A stretch of DNA of 64,000 nt from Microbotryum violaceum (lineage: Eukaryota): NCBI GenBank assembly GCA_001244265.2, contig CDLV01000014.1:806001-870000 (forward strand). The letters run 5' to 3'. Numbering within the stretch: position 1 is the first letter of the stretch; every line of letters begins with the position of its first letter. The position numbers and the translations under genes are program-made. A model generated the notes under the pieces. The model did no database searches, was not told where the DNA came from, and worked only from the letters and a program-made list of their open reading frames with translations. Shown one piece after another: positions 1-9,790 of the stretch.

Positions 1-1475
1 AAGTATGACCCACAACCACGCCGGACTTGCTCATCCGCGCGGCAGAAACCGAAAGAGGCGATTGAGCGGTCGAGCGGGCGCCGACACCGTCCAAGAAGGT
101 ACGTCGTTCAGCCTGATAGTCCAGAGAACGCCCTGCTCTTCCCTGATCCTCTAACACCTCCACTTATAAGCATGCCCATAATCTTAGAAAGTTGCTGACG
201 ATAGCGCTGAGAAGCTCTGGCCGGGAAAATCGACGCGGCTCTTATGGCGTGCGTGTGTCGGCATAACGCTGTTTCCGAGATGTCCAACCTTGAGAGGAGC
301 GGCGGTACGTACGTCTGTACCATCTTCACAAGATCATTGCAGTGTTAAATTACTGTCCTTCTCATTGAGGGTGGCTCGACATTTTAGGCTGTACTATGCA
401 TTGGCTCTGATCAAGCACGTAGCAGAACAAGAACAACCCGAAGCCAGAATTGGGGCCATGTAAAACATTGCCTGCAACCTCAAGCATCACCTCCAGAAGG
501 CGCGTATAGGTAGCCAATTCTCTCTTGTGGTCGACTCGACTGAACATACTCGTTTCTCGCCCTGTTTAGAGCGACGAGCAGTGCCTAAACGAGCCCTAGT
601 TAGTGCCTAAATTGCCCCTCGTCTTGAATTTGCCACAAGTGTCTTGGCGCTTTCGCGCATCAATGGCCCTGTCAAGTCGAGCTGGACCCTCAATTTTTCC
701 CCAACAAGTTCGGCTGCACCGATGGCGAAAGCGTCCAGGTATCATTCACTGCAGGTTATATCCGCCGAAAAGTGACTGCCGCCGAAAAGTAAACACCTCT
801 CATCCGAGCAGCCTGCCGTACTCGGCGACTTGCTGTGAGCGTGTGCGGCCCCTAATGCTAACTCGGCTGGGATCTGTAAACGGTTTAGGCCACTGACGCA
901 CGACCTGCGCCATGGGAACTGGGTGCGTGTAACGCCCGAAGATTGTCGTTGGCCACGTGACGTTCAATTATTAGCACAAGCTGCGAATTTCAGTATGAAG
1001 ACACGTAAGTCGCGACCACGGCTAAGTACCTATAAGATCGGCGGAGCTGACTGGAGTCACTGGGCGTTGGAGTCAAAGTCCGACTTCTGGGGTAGGTATC
1101 TCGGTAGCTAGGTAGGTAACGGCAGGTGGAGTCTTGCTATCCATCGTGACTTGCCCTGCCATCCGACCTGATCGACAGCACGCCGGGTTGCGCCCCCCCT
1201 GGGCCTGGGCCTGGTCCGCCCATCATCAAGGACGGCGGGCTTACTAACTTGAAGTTGGAAATCGATCAATTCGGGTCCCTAGGTACGCACGGGGGCCACC
1301 TTTTTTTTTTTTTTTTTATCTAATAGATTTCATTAACAGCATATCTATATTAATGCCTAAAAATCCTCGGAAAAGACGGAGGGAATGCAGTTAAGCACAC
1401 TGGCGAGGCCAGTAGTGTGGGACTCGTTGACCTTGGAACAAAATCAACCATACCCACTAAAACCCCCTTAGGCGG

Positions 1476-4400
1476 TTACAGCGAAACCAGTCGTCCCTTG
1501 GACTCCTGGATGGACGCGCGGAGCTCCTCAAATGCCGTTTCGGCGATCGGCTCCAGAGGATCCGACGAAAATCGACGGCGACGAGAGAGCTTCCAGATCG
1601 CGTGGAAGAAGAGTAGACGCAGCTCGACGGGTCGGCGTTCCGAGCGAGAAACGACCGGGCACACGAACTGAACAAAGTCGGGGTGTGGGATAGGAGTGAG
1701 CGCAGACCAGAGGCGGCGGGCAAACGGGCAACCGACCGCAAGGTGTGCCAGGGTCTCCGGAGCCTCCGACAGGCACATGACACATGCGGTAGATCGATTG
1801 TGGAGAGAACGGCTATTTGGAGAAGCGATTTGGCTACCTGGATGAAGTGAACCTAGGGAGAGGAGGTGGGCCGTGTCTTCGGCGTCCGAATGAACCCTGC
1901 GAATCTTGCGTAGCGCCTTCCACCAGGCATTCCAGCGTTGCTCGGGGAGACAGAAAACCCTCTGATGACCGAGAGGGAGGATAGGAGGGTAGAGGAAGGC
2001 TTGGTGGCGTTTGGACGCGTTCACAAACGAAGACGGAGTCATCACCTCGCCATCGGGTCCTCGGAAAAGCGTCGGGTTCACCGAGAGTCGGATTCCGTGG
2101 CCTGCTGGGAAGTAGAGGACGTGTGTTGCCCACCGCTCCAGATTCGGGCTCTTGGAAAGTTCGGGGGGTTCAGCGTTGTCACCAAATCCCAGGCTTCGAA
2201 AAAGCGGATCCATCGTGGAGGGAGCAGGGCCTTCGTCTTCCTCACTGCGCGTTCCCACTGTGGAGGAGGGTGGCAAAAGTAGGCCCACCAGATCCAGACC
2301 CACGAGCGACGATGTGGGTTGGGGCCTGATTTGGGCAAGGTAAAGGGGGTGCGTTCGTTCGCCGCCTGAAGGCGAGTGCGGATGTCGAAGAGGTGCCGAA
2401 TGAAGCAGCCGTCCGGGTCCCGAAGATGAAAGACCCACTTGGCGTGATCGACCGCGAGGCGCCGAGGTAAGTCAATCAAGCCAAAGCCGCCGTGGTCGAG
2501 AGGGGTGCAGAGGCGCAGCCGAGAGACCTTCGGGGGTTTCTGAGATCCGTCCGAGGCTCGACCGTGGATAGCGATCATGACCGCGTCCTCGATCTCCTTG
2601 ACGACGCTCTTGGAAGCTGGGATGAAACGATTATGGTAGAGAATCTTCGTGTAGCAGTAGATATTGATTATCGAACATTTCGCTGCGTACGGAAGGTCGT
2701 ACATTGGGATGGATCGTATCCGGGCGACGGTCGCGGACTTGACCTCCTCCCAGCCCGCATCCTCGGCGATGTCCACCCCAACCTGCACTCCCAGGTAACG
2801 AAACTGCGAGTCGCTGAGACGCCAGGACCCGAGGTGTGAAGGGATCGGACGGTCCCTGAATGACCCGAGGGGTAGAGGAAAGATTTGGCGTTGCTGAGCT
2901 TGCTGGCACTTGCCCGCTCGTACAGCTCGATCGCCCGATTGAGGTGGTCGAGGTCCGAGGTGTCGTGGAGAGCACAGCAGGCATCGTCGGCAAAGAGAAG
3001 TTCTCGTATGGTTGGGAGTCCCGGGCTCGCGATGCCCTTGACTTGTGACCGCAACTGTACGGCGAAGCCCTCAATTGCGAGAACGAAGAGCGACGGAGCC
3101 AGCGGGTCGCCTTGTCGAACTCCCGAGAGGATATCGAACGCGGCCGAGAGCCATCCGTTGAGGTAGATTGAGGCGGATTGGTTTGTATAGGTCGCTCGGT
3201 ACCATTGGCAGGCTTTCGGGCCAAGGCCAACGGCGCTGAGGACTGCATCGATGTAGGTGTGGGAAAGACGGTCGTAAGCCTTCTCGAAGTCCATCACTGC
3301 GAGCAGACCGGACACCGGCTCTGAACCCGGGAGCCCAGGATCCATGAGACACTGCACCTCGGCGATGTTCGTGCCAATCCAGCGGTTCGGAATGAAACCG
3401 CGCTGGGTCGAGCCGATCAGGGTCTCGAGCAGAGGGGCAAGGCGCTGGTTGTGGGCTTGGGAGATGATGCGTTCATCAGCGTTGATGAGTGATATGGGGC
3501 GTTTGTTCACCAGCCGATCCCTCTCGCCGCGCTTGTGGATGAGGTGGATGTGGGCAGTGTGGCGGGCCGACGTTCGAGAACTGGCGTCGTCGGTGGGGAT
3601 CGAGTTGATGACGTCGCGGAGGATGGGGCCTGTGGCTGTCCACGTTGCGCGGTAAAACTCGACCGGGAGACCGTCGGGTCCAGGCGAGGAGTTCGACTTA
3701 CACGCCTCTTGTGCCTTTGTTATCTCCTCTAGGGGGTACACTCCTTCGAGCTTGTCCGAATCGGCAGGGGATAGGCGAGTCGAGGCGAGACCGTCGATAA
3801 TCTTCTCCAAGGCGTCGTCATCGATAGCGCGATCCTCGTAGACCCCTTCGAAGTACTTGCTAGCGGCTCCAAGCATCGAGTCGGGGTCGGAGTGGACGAC
3901 ATTGTCGACCGAGAGGGAAGGGATGAGGTCGGATGCGCGCACTTTGCGTAGGCGGATGAAGATGGAAGATGGGCCCGCGAGGGAAGGATCAATGCGGGAC
4001 CGCAGCGCCGCGCCGTAGCGCGAGTGATCTGCCTTCGCCTCCTCCGATCCTCCACGTCGGAAGCGGGCAAGTGTGCGAGCCAGAGCCTGAAGCTCGGGCA
4101 GCAAGTGTTGTTTGGTGGACGTCCAAGCTGCTGATGGGTCGTCGGGCGTCTGGAGGAGGGCTTCATTGTAGAGGGCCTGGACAGTGGAAGTGAGGTATTC
4201 GCAGGTCGCGTCGCCCTCGATCACGTGCAAACCCAACTTGAATTTACCCGGACCGATGTCGATTGCGCCCGGCACTTGGAACCGCGCCGCCACCATCGAG
4301 TGCGTCGATTTGAGGACAGGAGCCCAGATTTTGTGGTCGTGGAAGAGGTCGACCCAATCAGGCGAGACATAGATGCGGTCAAGGCGACGGCACGTGCCGG

Positions 4401-5045
4401 GCGCTGAGCGATTCGTCGTGGCTCGTCCTTTGGGATGGTGAAGCCGATAGACATCAAAGAGGTTGTTGGCCGTGGCAAGGTCGCGCATCTCCTGGCCCCC
4501 ATAATTCGTCCCGTTTTGGTTCTCCGAATCGAGGGGTTGGGACTCAACACAATTCCAGTCCCCCCGACTAAGAGCGCAGGCGGCGAGGGCTCGTCGCGCA
4601 CGACTTGTCGGAGGGCTGTGCTGAGATGTGAGAGGAAACGCTTTTTGTCTGGCTTGTCGGAGGAAGGCGCGTATATTGATACAACCCGGATTTTTGAGTC
4701 TCCCACGCGAAAGGTGGCGTCGGTGACTCGGTCGGGGAAAGCGAAAGAGGCACGAAGAGTGTTGGGAGGTGACTCGGGATCAATAGTGATGACCACGGAG
4801 TCGCTCTTCCAGAGTATAGCGGTGTTGTTGAGAGGAGTGAAAAGAGCGGAGAGCTTTAAGTCTTGGCACTCCTGAGTCCACTGGGCAACCCTTTCCGGGG
4901 AAGGTCGGCCCGTTTCGCTCAGGAGAAAGACATCGGCGTTATGGGAGCGGAGATTGGAGAAAAGAGAGGCACGCTTACGATCTTCATTGATTGACTGCAC
5001 GTTGGCAGCAACAAAAGACACGTTTGGGATCTTAATTGTGCTCAT
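1476..5045 (-). CDS. LINE ORF2: APE endonuclease, reverse transcriptase and C-terminal zinc finger (split by three 1-nt frameshifts in this sequence)
   Basis: Endonuclease motifs AANVQS, FLLSET, SIYAP, GGDWNC (after frameshift repair), RLDRIY and THSMV. RT motifs SSPGPDGL, KRPISLIN, QRGF, DFEKAYD, GVRQGDPLAPSLF, LFADD and YLGV, then GGFGL. Zinc finger CVMC...ETLAHLAVGC. Spread over track ORFs 4221-5162, 2668-4488, 2078-2788 and 1476-2438. Confidence 0.93.
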
Positions 5046-6449
5046 CGTCTTGCTCCATAACGTCGTCCACGTCCTCGGGGGTGCTTCTTGGTCTTTGCCT
5101 TCTTCTTCGGCATCTTCGTCGGCGTCGGTGGCATCGGGTCGGGCTTTGATCGCTGAGGGCAACGGCGAGGAGGGCCGGGGGTTCGGCTCGGAGGCTTCGG
5201 GGCAGGCGGAGTGGGCGGGTCTTCACGAGTGGCTGGTGTGGAGAGGGCAGCAATTGACTGGGAACGAGTGATGATCGTCTTTGGCGTTGGTGTGGCCGGA
5301 GCAGGGCTTGGGGGCGAAGGGGTCGTCTCCGAGCTGGGGGACTCGGAGGATTTTTCAACGAGGGGAGGGGCAGTTGACTGGTTGGAGGCGGGCAGGGGGC
5401 GGAGTTGGGAGGGAAATTGAAGGAGAAACCGGGGCGAGGAGTCTCCGACAGGGGTTCAGGCTGAGCCCTGTTAGATGGATCTTGGGGCTGGGCAGCCAGG
5501 TCCTGATCTGGGTTCACTCGACGTTTTTTGGTCTTCAACGAGCGGTCGGGCGCGGGTGGCGCAGGGATCGACTTGGAGGCCGGGGGGCTTTGGTCATGGT
5601 GGAGGCTTGCGCGGCACGTGACTCGGGAGTGCCCTGGGGGCTCGACGCGAAGCGGCGGCCCGGGCAATGCTGGCTGGCGTGCGAGGTGCTTGCGCACGAC
5701 TTGCACGCCGGGGCGACGGGGCAGTCCTTACGGACATGGGCCGCGGAACGGCAGAAAACACAGTGGCGCATGCCACCGGTGATCCTGAGCGGGATACGCT
5801 CGGTCACGCCGTCGCGTTCAATGGAGATGGATGCAGGAGGCAATTTGTTTGGGTCCCCGAGGGCAAGAACAAAGTCATACACCCCAGAGATGTGCCTAGT
5901 CTTGCCAATGTAATGAGTGCGGCGAAGGAGGACCTTGCCGTACTCGGCAATCTGCTCATCAAAGAGGCGGAGGCCCTCTACATCGGAGAAGAAGCCAGAA
6001 AGGGTGCATTGAATTAGACCAGTAGTGGCTGAGAATAGTTTCTCGACTTGGCACAAGGTCTTTCCAACGGTCAGACCATTCGCGACCAGGTCGGCGATGT
6101 CGGCGTCCTTAGGGAATCGGATGCCGTGTTGTCCCTTGATGACGCAGGGCATGGCGCCTGCAAGGGCCGGGTAGTGGTGATCGAGTGCTGAGAGCACTTT
6201 CTCGGAGGTGGTCGCGGGAGGGGTTTTGATGATTACACAGTTGGCGATGTTGTGAATCATCGGGTGGGAGGCAACAGTCGTGGCGGTGGCGGGGGTGGCG
6301 TTGGTCTTCGCATGGGAACGGGCGGAGACGGCCGCGGAGTACGACTTGGTTTGGGCGGTGACGGTGACGCCGGTGGGGTCGGGAGGGCGATTAGGTGCTA
6401 TAGCACCGGGGGTGGCATTGCTGGTGTCGTTGTTGTTGTGGTTGTTCAT
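5032..6449 (-). CDS. LINE ORF1 (gag-like nucleic-acid chaperone) with two CCHC zinc knuckles and a Pro-rich/acidic tail (frameshifted in this sequence)
   Basis: ATG at 6449 (MNNHNNN). CVFCRSAAHVRKDC and CKSCASTSHASQHC knuckles. Continues through homopolymer frameshifts to DDEHN* at 5032, directly upstream of ORF2. Confidence 0.85.
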
Positions 6450-6554
6450 GCGTGTCGCCCTCAGTTTTTCGATTCGCCTTGGGCCGAAACCTTTCAGAAG
6501 AATCAAGTGATTAGCCAAATCAAGTCACCCCGAAGAGGGGGAGAGGGAAAGGAG

Positions 6555-6648
6555 AAAGATTTGGACTAAGAGCGTTGGCGTGCATCAACAACGGCAATTT
6601 TAAGTAAAAGGCGTAAGATTGATTCTGTGGTCGATACACCGCTCAGTT
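6555..6648 (-). ncRNA. U5: U5 spliceosomal snRNA-derived sequence (5' domain through an Sm-like site, no obvious 3' stem-loop) at the LINE 5' end
   Basis: Minus strand reads AACT GAGCG GTGTATCGAC CACAGAAT CAATCTTA CGCCTTTTACT TAAAATTG CCG TT GTTGATGCAC GCCAA CGCTC TTAGTCC AAATCTTT. This gives the 11-nt U5 loop I (6613-6603), a 7/8-bp closing stem, the conserved CCG, a 10-bp stem, a GCCAA bulge, a 5-bp basal stem and Sm-like AAUCUUU. Confidence 0.85.
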
Positions 6649-6661
6649 AAAACTTTTTTTT

Positions 6662-7048
6662 ATTTTTTTATTTGATAGACTTCATTGACAGCATAATTAT
6701 ATTAATACCTAGAAATCTTCGGAAAAGTCGGAGGGAATGCTGTTACGCACACTGGCAGAAGCCAGTAGTGTAGGACTCATTGACCCTGAACCAGGATCAA
6801 CCATACCCACTAAAACCCCCTTTGGTGTCTTACAGAGACACTAGGCGACCCTTGGACTCCTGGATAGAGGCTCGAAGCCCCTCGAACTCCGTTTCGGTGA
6901 TCGGTTCCAAAAGATCCGACGAGAATCGACGACGGCGACAGAGCTTCCAGATCGAGTGAAAGAAGAGGACTCGTAGTTCGACAAGTCGACGTTCCGAGCG
7001 AGACACGACCGGGCATACAAAGTCCACAAAGACTGGGTGGGGGGTAGT
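6662..7048 (-). mobile_element. 5'-truncated older copy of the same LINE family (ORF2 C-terminus, 3' UTR, A-tail)
   Basis: Aligns by eye to ~1309-1695. Encodes FVCPVVSRSERRLVELRVLFFHSIWKL...QESKGRLVSL*, close to the ORF2 end of the full-length copy. Interrupted A-tail at 6654-6669. Confidence 0.93.
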
Positions 7049-8034
7049 TCGTGTTGATGGACTGGGCCACTACTTTCGAGCTCATAGCCTTGACAAGGTC
7101 ACTCGCGCCTGTCCGGTCCTTGTTTCAGGTCTCCCTCAAAGATTCGTTTTAATCAGCAGTTCGGCTGGGCAAGCTTCGAGAACCACCTCGGCCTCCGGGC
7201 TCAAGATGGCCGAACTCGGCAGGCTGCGCGTGGAACGCAAGCCGCCTTCAAACGCCAAACGCTCTTTCGCACGTCGTGAATAGGCGCTCGGTGGTCAACT
7301 AATGAAGCTTCTCGCGTCTGCGAACGAGGAGTCGTCGGCCTGTTCGGCGGACAAACGAATGCTCTCTGTGTTCAGTAGTGTCGACGGCAAATGAAATGAA
7401 GGACCTGGCCGCTTTTCACTCCGCTATTTTTGCCCCGCAGATCGAAACAGCAGTATGTAGTGATTTTCTCTTCCTCTTTTCCTCCGAGGCCCCACTTTTC
7501 CAGCCCCGGCCCTGAATCCCTCGTCGTGACCTCCATTAGCTTTGTCCCTACCCCCTCTTGGTCTAGCTCTGCCATTTACCATCCTGTCCTCGTGAATAGC
7601 TTGCCCGTCCCTTTCTCGACGATACCCACAAAGACCTCGCATCGCCATCCGTGACGATCGCTTCAGGATTTGGAGCTTGTTCGGATTTCGGCCTTTGACA
7701 GGTGAGCTTGCGTCATAGTAAGAGAGGCTGATCTACGCGCGCGCCGAGGGTGCCTGACACGGCTCGCCGGGGCCCCGGCCCCACGCCTCGTCCCTCGCCA
7801 CTCCGCGACGGTCGGTGCTCAACTTTGCAATGAGCAAAAGCTCGACCACGGACAGTCAGAAGACACAAATCATGGATCTGTGCTGACAATCCGCATCTGT
7901 GTCTCTACCCGACCGTGTCGTCATTACCAGACCTCGTCCGCGCCCCCGCATTTCCTTCCCTCCTCTCGACCACTTCGCGCTTCAGCTCATCTCGTGCCCC
8001 AATATCGACGAAACAAGCACCGCCTTTAACAGCC

Positions 8035-8868
8035 ATGGCTTTCTCGACATCTCAGAACTTTGACCACGATGCATCGTGGGCATCTTTTCTCGAGCCGTCC
8101 GCGTTTGCCGAAGAGTTTGACACGGACCCCTTCGCGAGTGCATCCTCACCCGGCGCCTCGAGTTCGTCTTCGCTGGCGTCGGCCTACGACTACTCTCCCA
8201 TGCTCCCAAGCGGCCTGTTGTCATCGGTGTCTTCGCTCGATTCACCCGCTTGGTCCGATGCATCCGAGCCCACCACACCTCCTGCGTCGGCGAGCAACCT
8301 TGCATCCGAGGTCTGTCTCGTGACCTACGATCCCTCGAGCTTCGGCGATCATTCGGCAACTTGGTCATCTTCACCAGCCCAAGCTCTCGCTCTCAAAGCA
8401 GCCAAAATACTCGATGCAGCTTTAGCCAAGAAGCAAAAGCCGCAAATGGTCCCCCCCGTAGTGGTTCCGTCGCCTCTCACGTCCCGTCGCGTCGAGTCGG
8501 GATCGCTTTTCAGCTACAGCTCTCTCGAACACGAAGCGCGCCAACTCGCAAGTCGCCTCTTTACTTCATCGACCTATACAGGTGGCAAGGTGCCCGTCGC
8601 CTCTTCGTCACGACTATACCTCTCTCGTGCGCACTACCTCGAGAAGAAGCGCAAATGTGTCAGCTCTTTGCCTTGCTCCGGAGCGGCCGTCGCCGCCGAG
8701 ATCGCTGCGGCGCCGATGCCCCGTCTAAAGTCGAGGAAAGGGGGCCGACCGAGTTCAGAGATGTCGCAATGGTTACAAGCTCTACATGACGCCGAGGTGC
8801 GAGCAAGTTTAGCCATCAGCAAGCGCAAATCACCTACAACGACTTCGTTGAAGCTGCCGTCGTTCTGA
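8035..8868 (+). CDS. Hypothetical Ser-rich protein with a basic C-terminus (~277 aa)
   Basis: Long open frame from ATG 8035 (MAFSTS). A probable 5'-UTR intron spans 7702-7930 (gtgagc...gctgac...ccag). No recognisable domain. Confidence 0.6.
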   Translation: MAFSTSQNFDHDASWASFLEPSAFAEEFDTDPFASASSPGASSSSSLASAYDYSPMLPSGLLSSVSSLDSPAWSDASEPTTPPASASNLASEVCLVTYDPSSFGDHSATWSSSPAQALALKAAKILDAALAKKQKPQMVPPVVVPSPLTSRRVESGSLFSYSSLEHEARQLASRLFTSSTYTGGKVPVASSSRLYLSRAHYLEKKRKCVSSLPCSGAAVAAEIAAAPMPRLKSRKGGRPSSEMSQWLQALHDAEVRASLAISKRKSPTTTSLKLPSF

Positions 8869-9790
8869 GCGGTAGTCCATGCGCTTCAAGTTTGCTCGGC
8901 GATTAGCCGATCGGCCGGAGCGACCGACCTTTCGAGTCGGACAGCGCGGAGCTGCCGATACCCTACTTTGCCTGCTCCAGTGGTACCTAGTTCCCACCCC
9001 CGCATTCGCAGTACCGCGTCATTTAGCTTAGCTTGTTGTAAGAAAACCTACTCATCCTATACCTAAAAGTTGTACCTGCCTCCGATCTTCGGCCTGGCGG
9101 TCTTCCTCTCTCCACAAGCCGAGCCTCTCGCTTTGAAGGGCAACTCTGAGACCTTTTTTCGCCTGTGTGTTTTTTGGCTGCGTGTTTTTCGGCTGCGATT
9201 TCAATTGAGCCAGCAGCTGCCCTAGTAGTAGTGCCCGACGCGTTAGCCCCTTCGCGCGTCACGCGCGAGGATTTCTTTGCCAGTCGGTGGCGGAGGGCGA
9301 CTTTTTTTATAAAGAAGTTTTGAAGCGCAGCCCACCCTCTTTGGCGCAACTTTTTCTTGACCTTGCCAATATATCAACACTTTTTTCAGCACGCACGAAC
9401 CTTTTATTAAAGGCTAAGGAAAGGCTGTCTACGACACAGCCATGAAGGGGCGCTAACTTAATCGAGGACCGGAACGGACCGCGCGCTCCCACGTCAAGCC
9501 GAGGGCCCCTCTTTTCTGTGGTCATGATAAGCCTCCTCCGCCCCCGGTGGCGTTCGGCCTATTTTCGTTTTGGCTTCGGGTGGGGACCCGTCGTGGTGGT
9601 GGCTGATGAGCCTGGGCCTGCGCCCTAGCGGTGCTGAGCGTTGTAGCACCAGTTTGGAAGGCAGAATGACGTAGGAGGGACCATTCGGTCAGACGCTGTC
9701 CGTCCTGTAGGGGTTTCGTTCAACAATTAGACAAAGGGGAGAAGGATCTCGGGTTAGCAAGAGAAGCAGTCGACTGGCAAGCCAGACTAA

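Larger units (their letters stand above)
1301..6652 (-). mobile_element. Full-length L1-type (APE) non-LTR retrotransposon with a U5 snRNA-derived 5' end
   Basis: Poly(A) tail (T17 on + at 1301-1317), ~160-nt 3' UTR, ORF2 with APE, RT and zinc finger, ORF1 with CCHC knuckles. CTTTTTTTT occurs at both ends (1300-1308 and 6653-6661) as a candidate TSD. Confidence 0.95.

Noticed and set aside
108-547. Short minus-strand ORFs, one with Walker A-like GVRGSGKS
   Set aside because: A stop follows soon after the motif, there is no other NTPase motif, and I could not build a convincing splice model.
1121-1300. GC-rich hairpins (GGCAGG/CCTGCC, GTCCGCC/GGCGGGC) before the T-run, resembling a Pol III RNA such as SRP
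   Set aside because: No convincing SRP, tRNA or snRNA consensus. The T-run is explained by the LINE tail.
1270-1300. Possible 3' remainder of U5 after the LINE A-tail (in-place insertion into a U5 gene)
   Set aside because: No clear U5 3' stem-loop and no duplicated U5 sequence here. Upstream of the U5 part is another LINE tail rather than a promoter.
1452-1472. Telomere-like CCCACTAAAACCCCCTTAGG
   Set aside because: Not tandem. It is part of the LINE 3' UTR and largely present in both copies.
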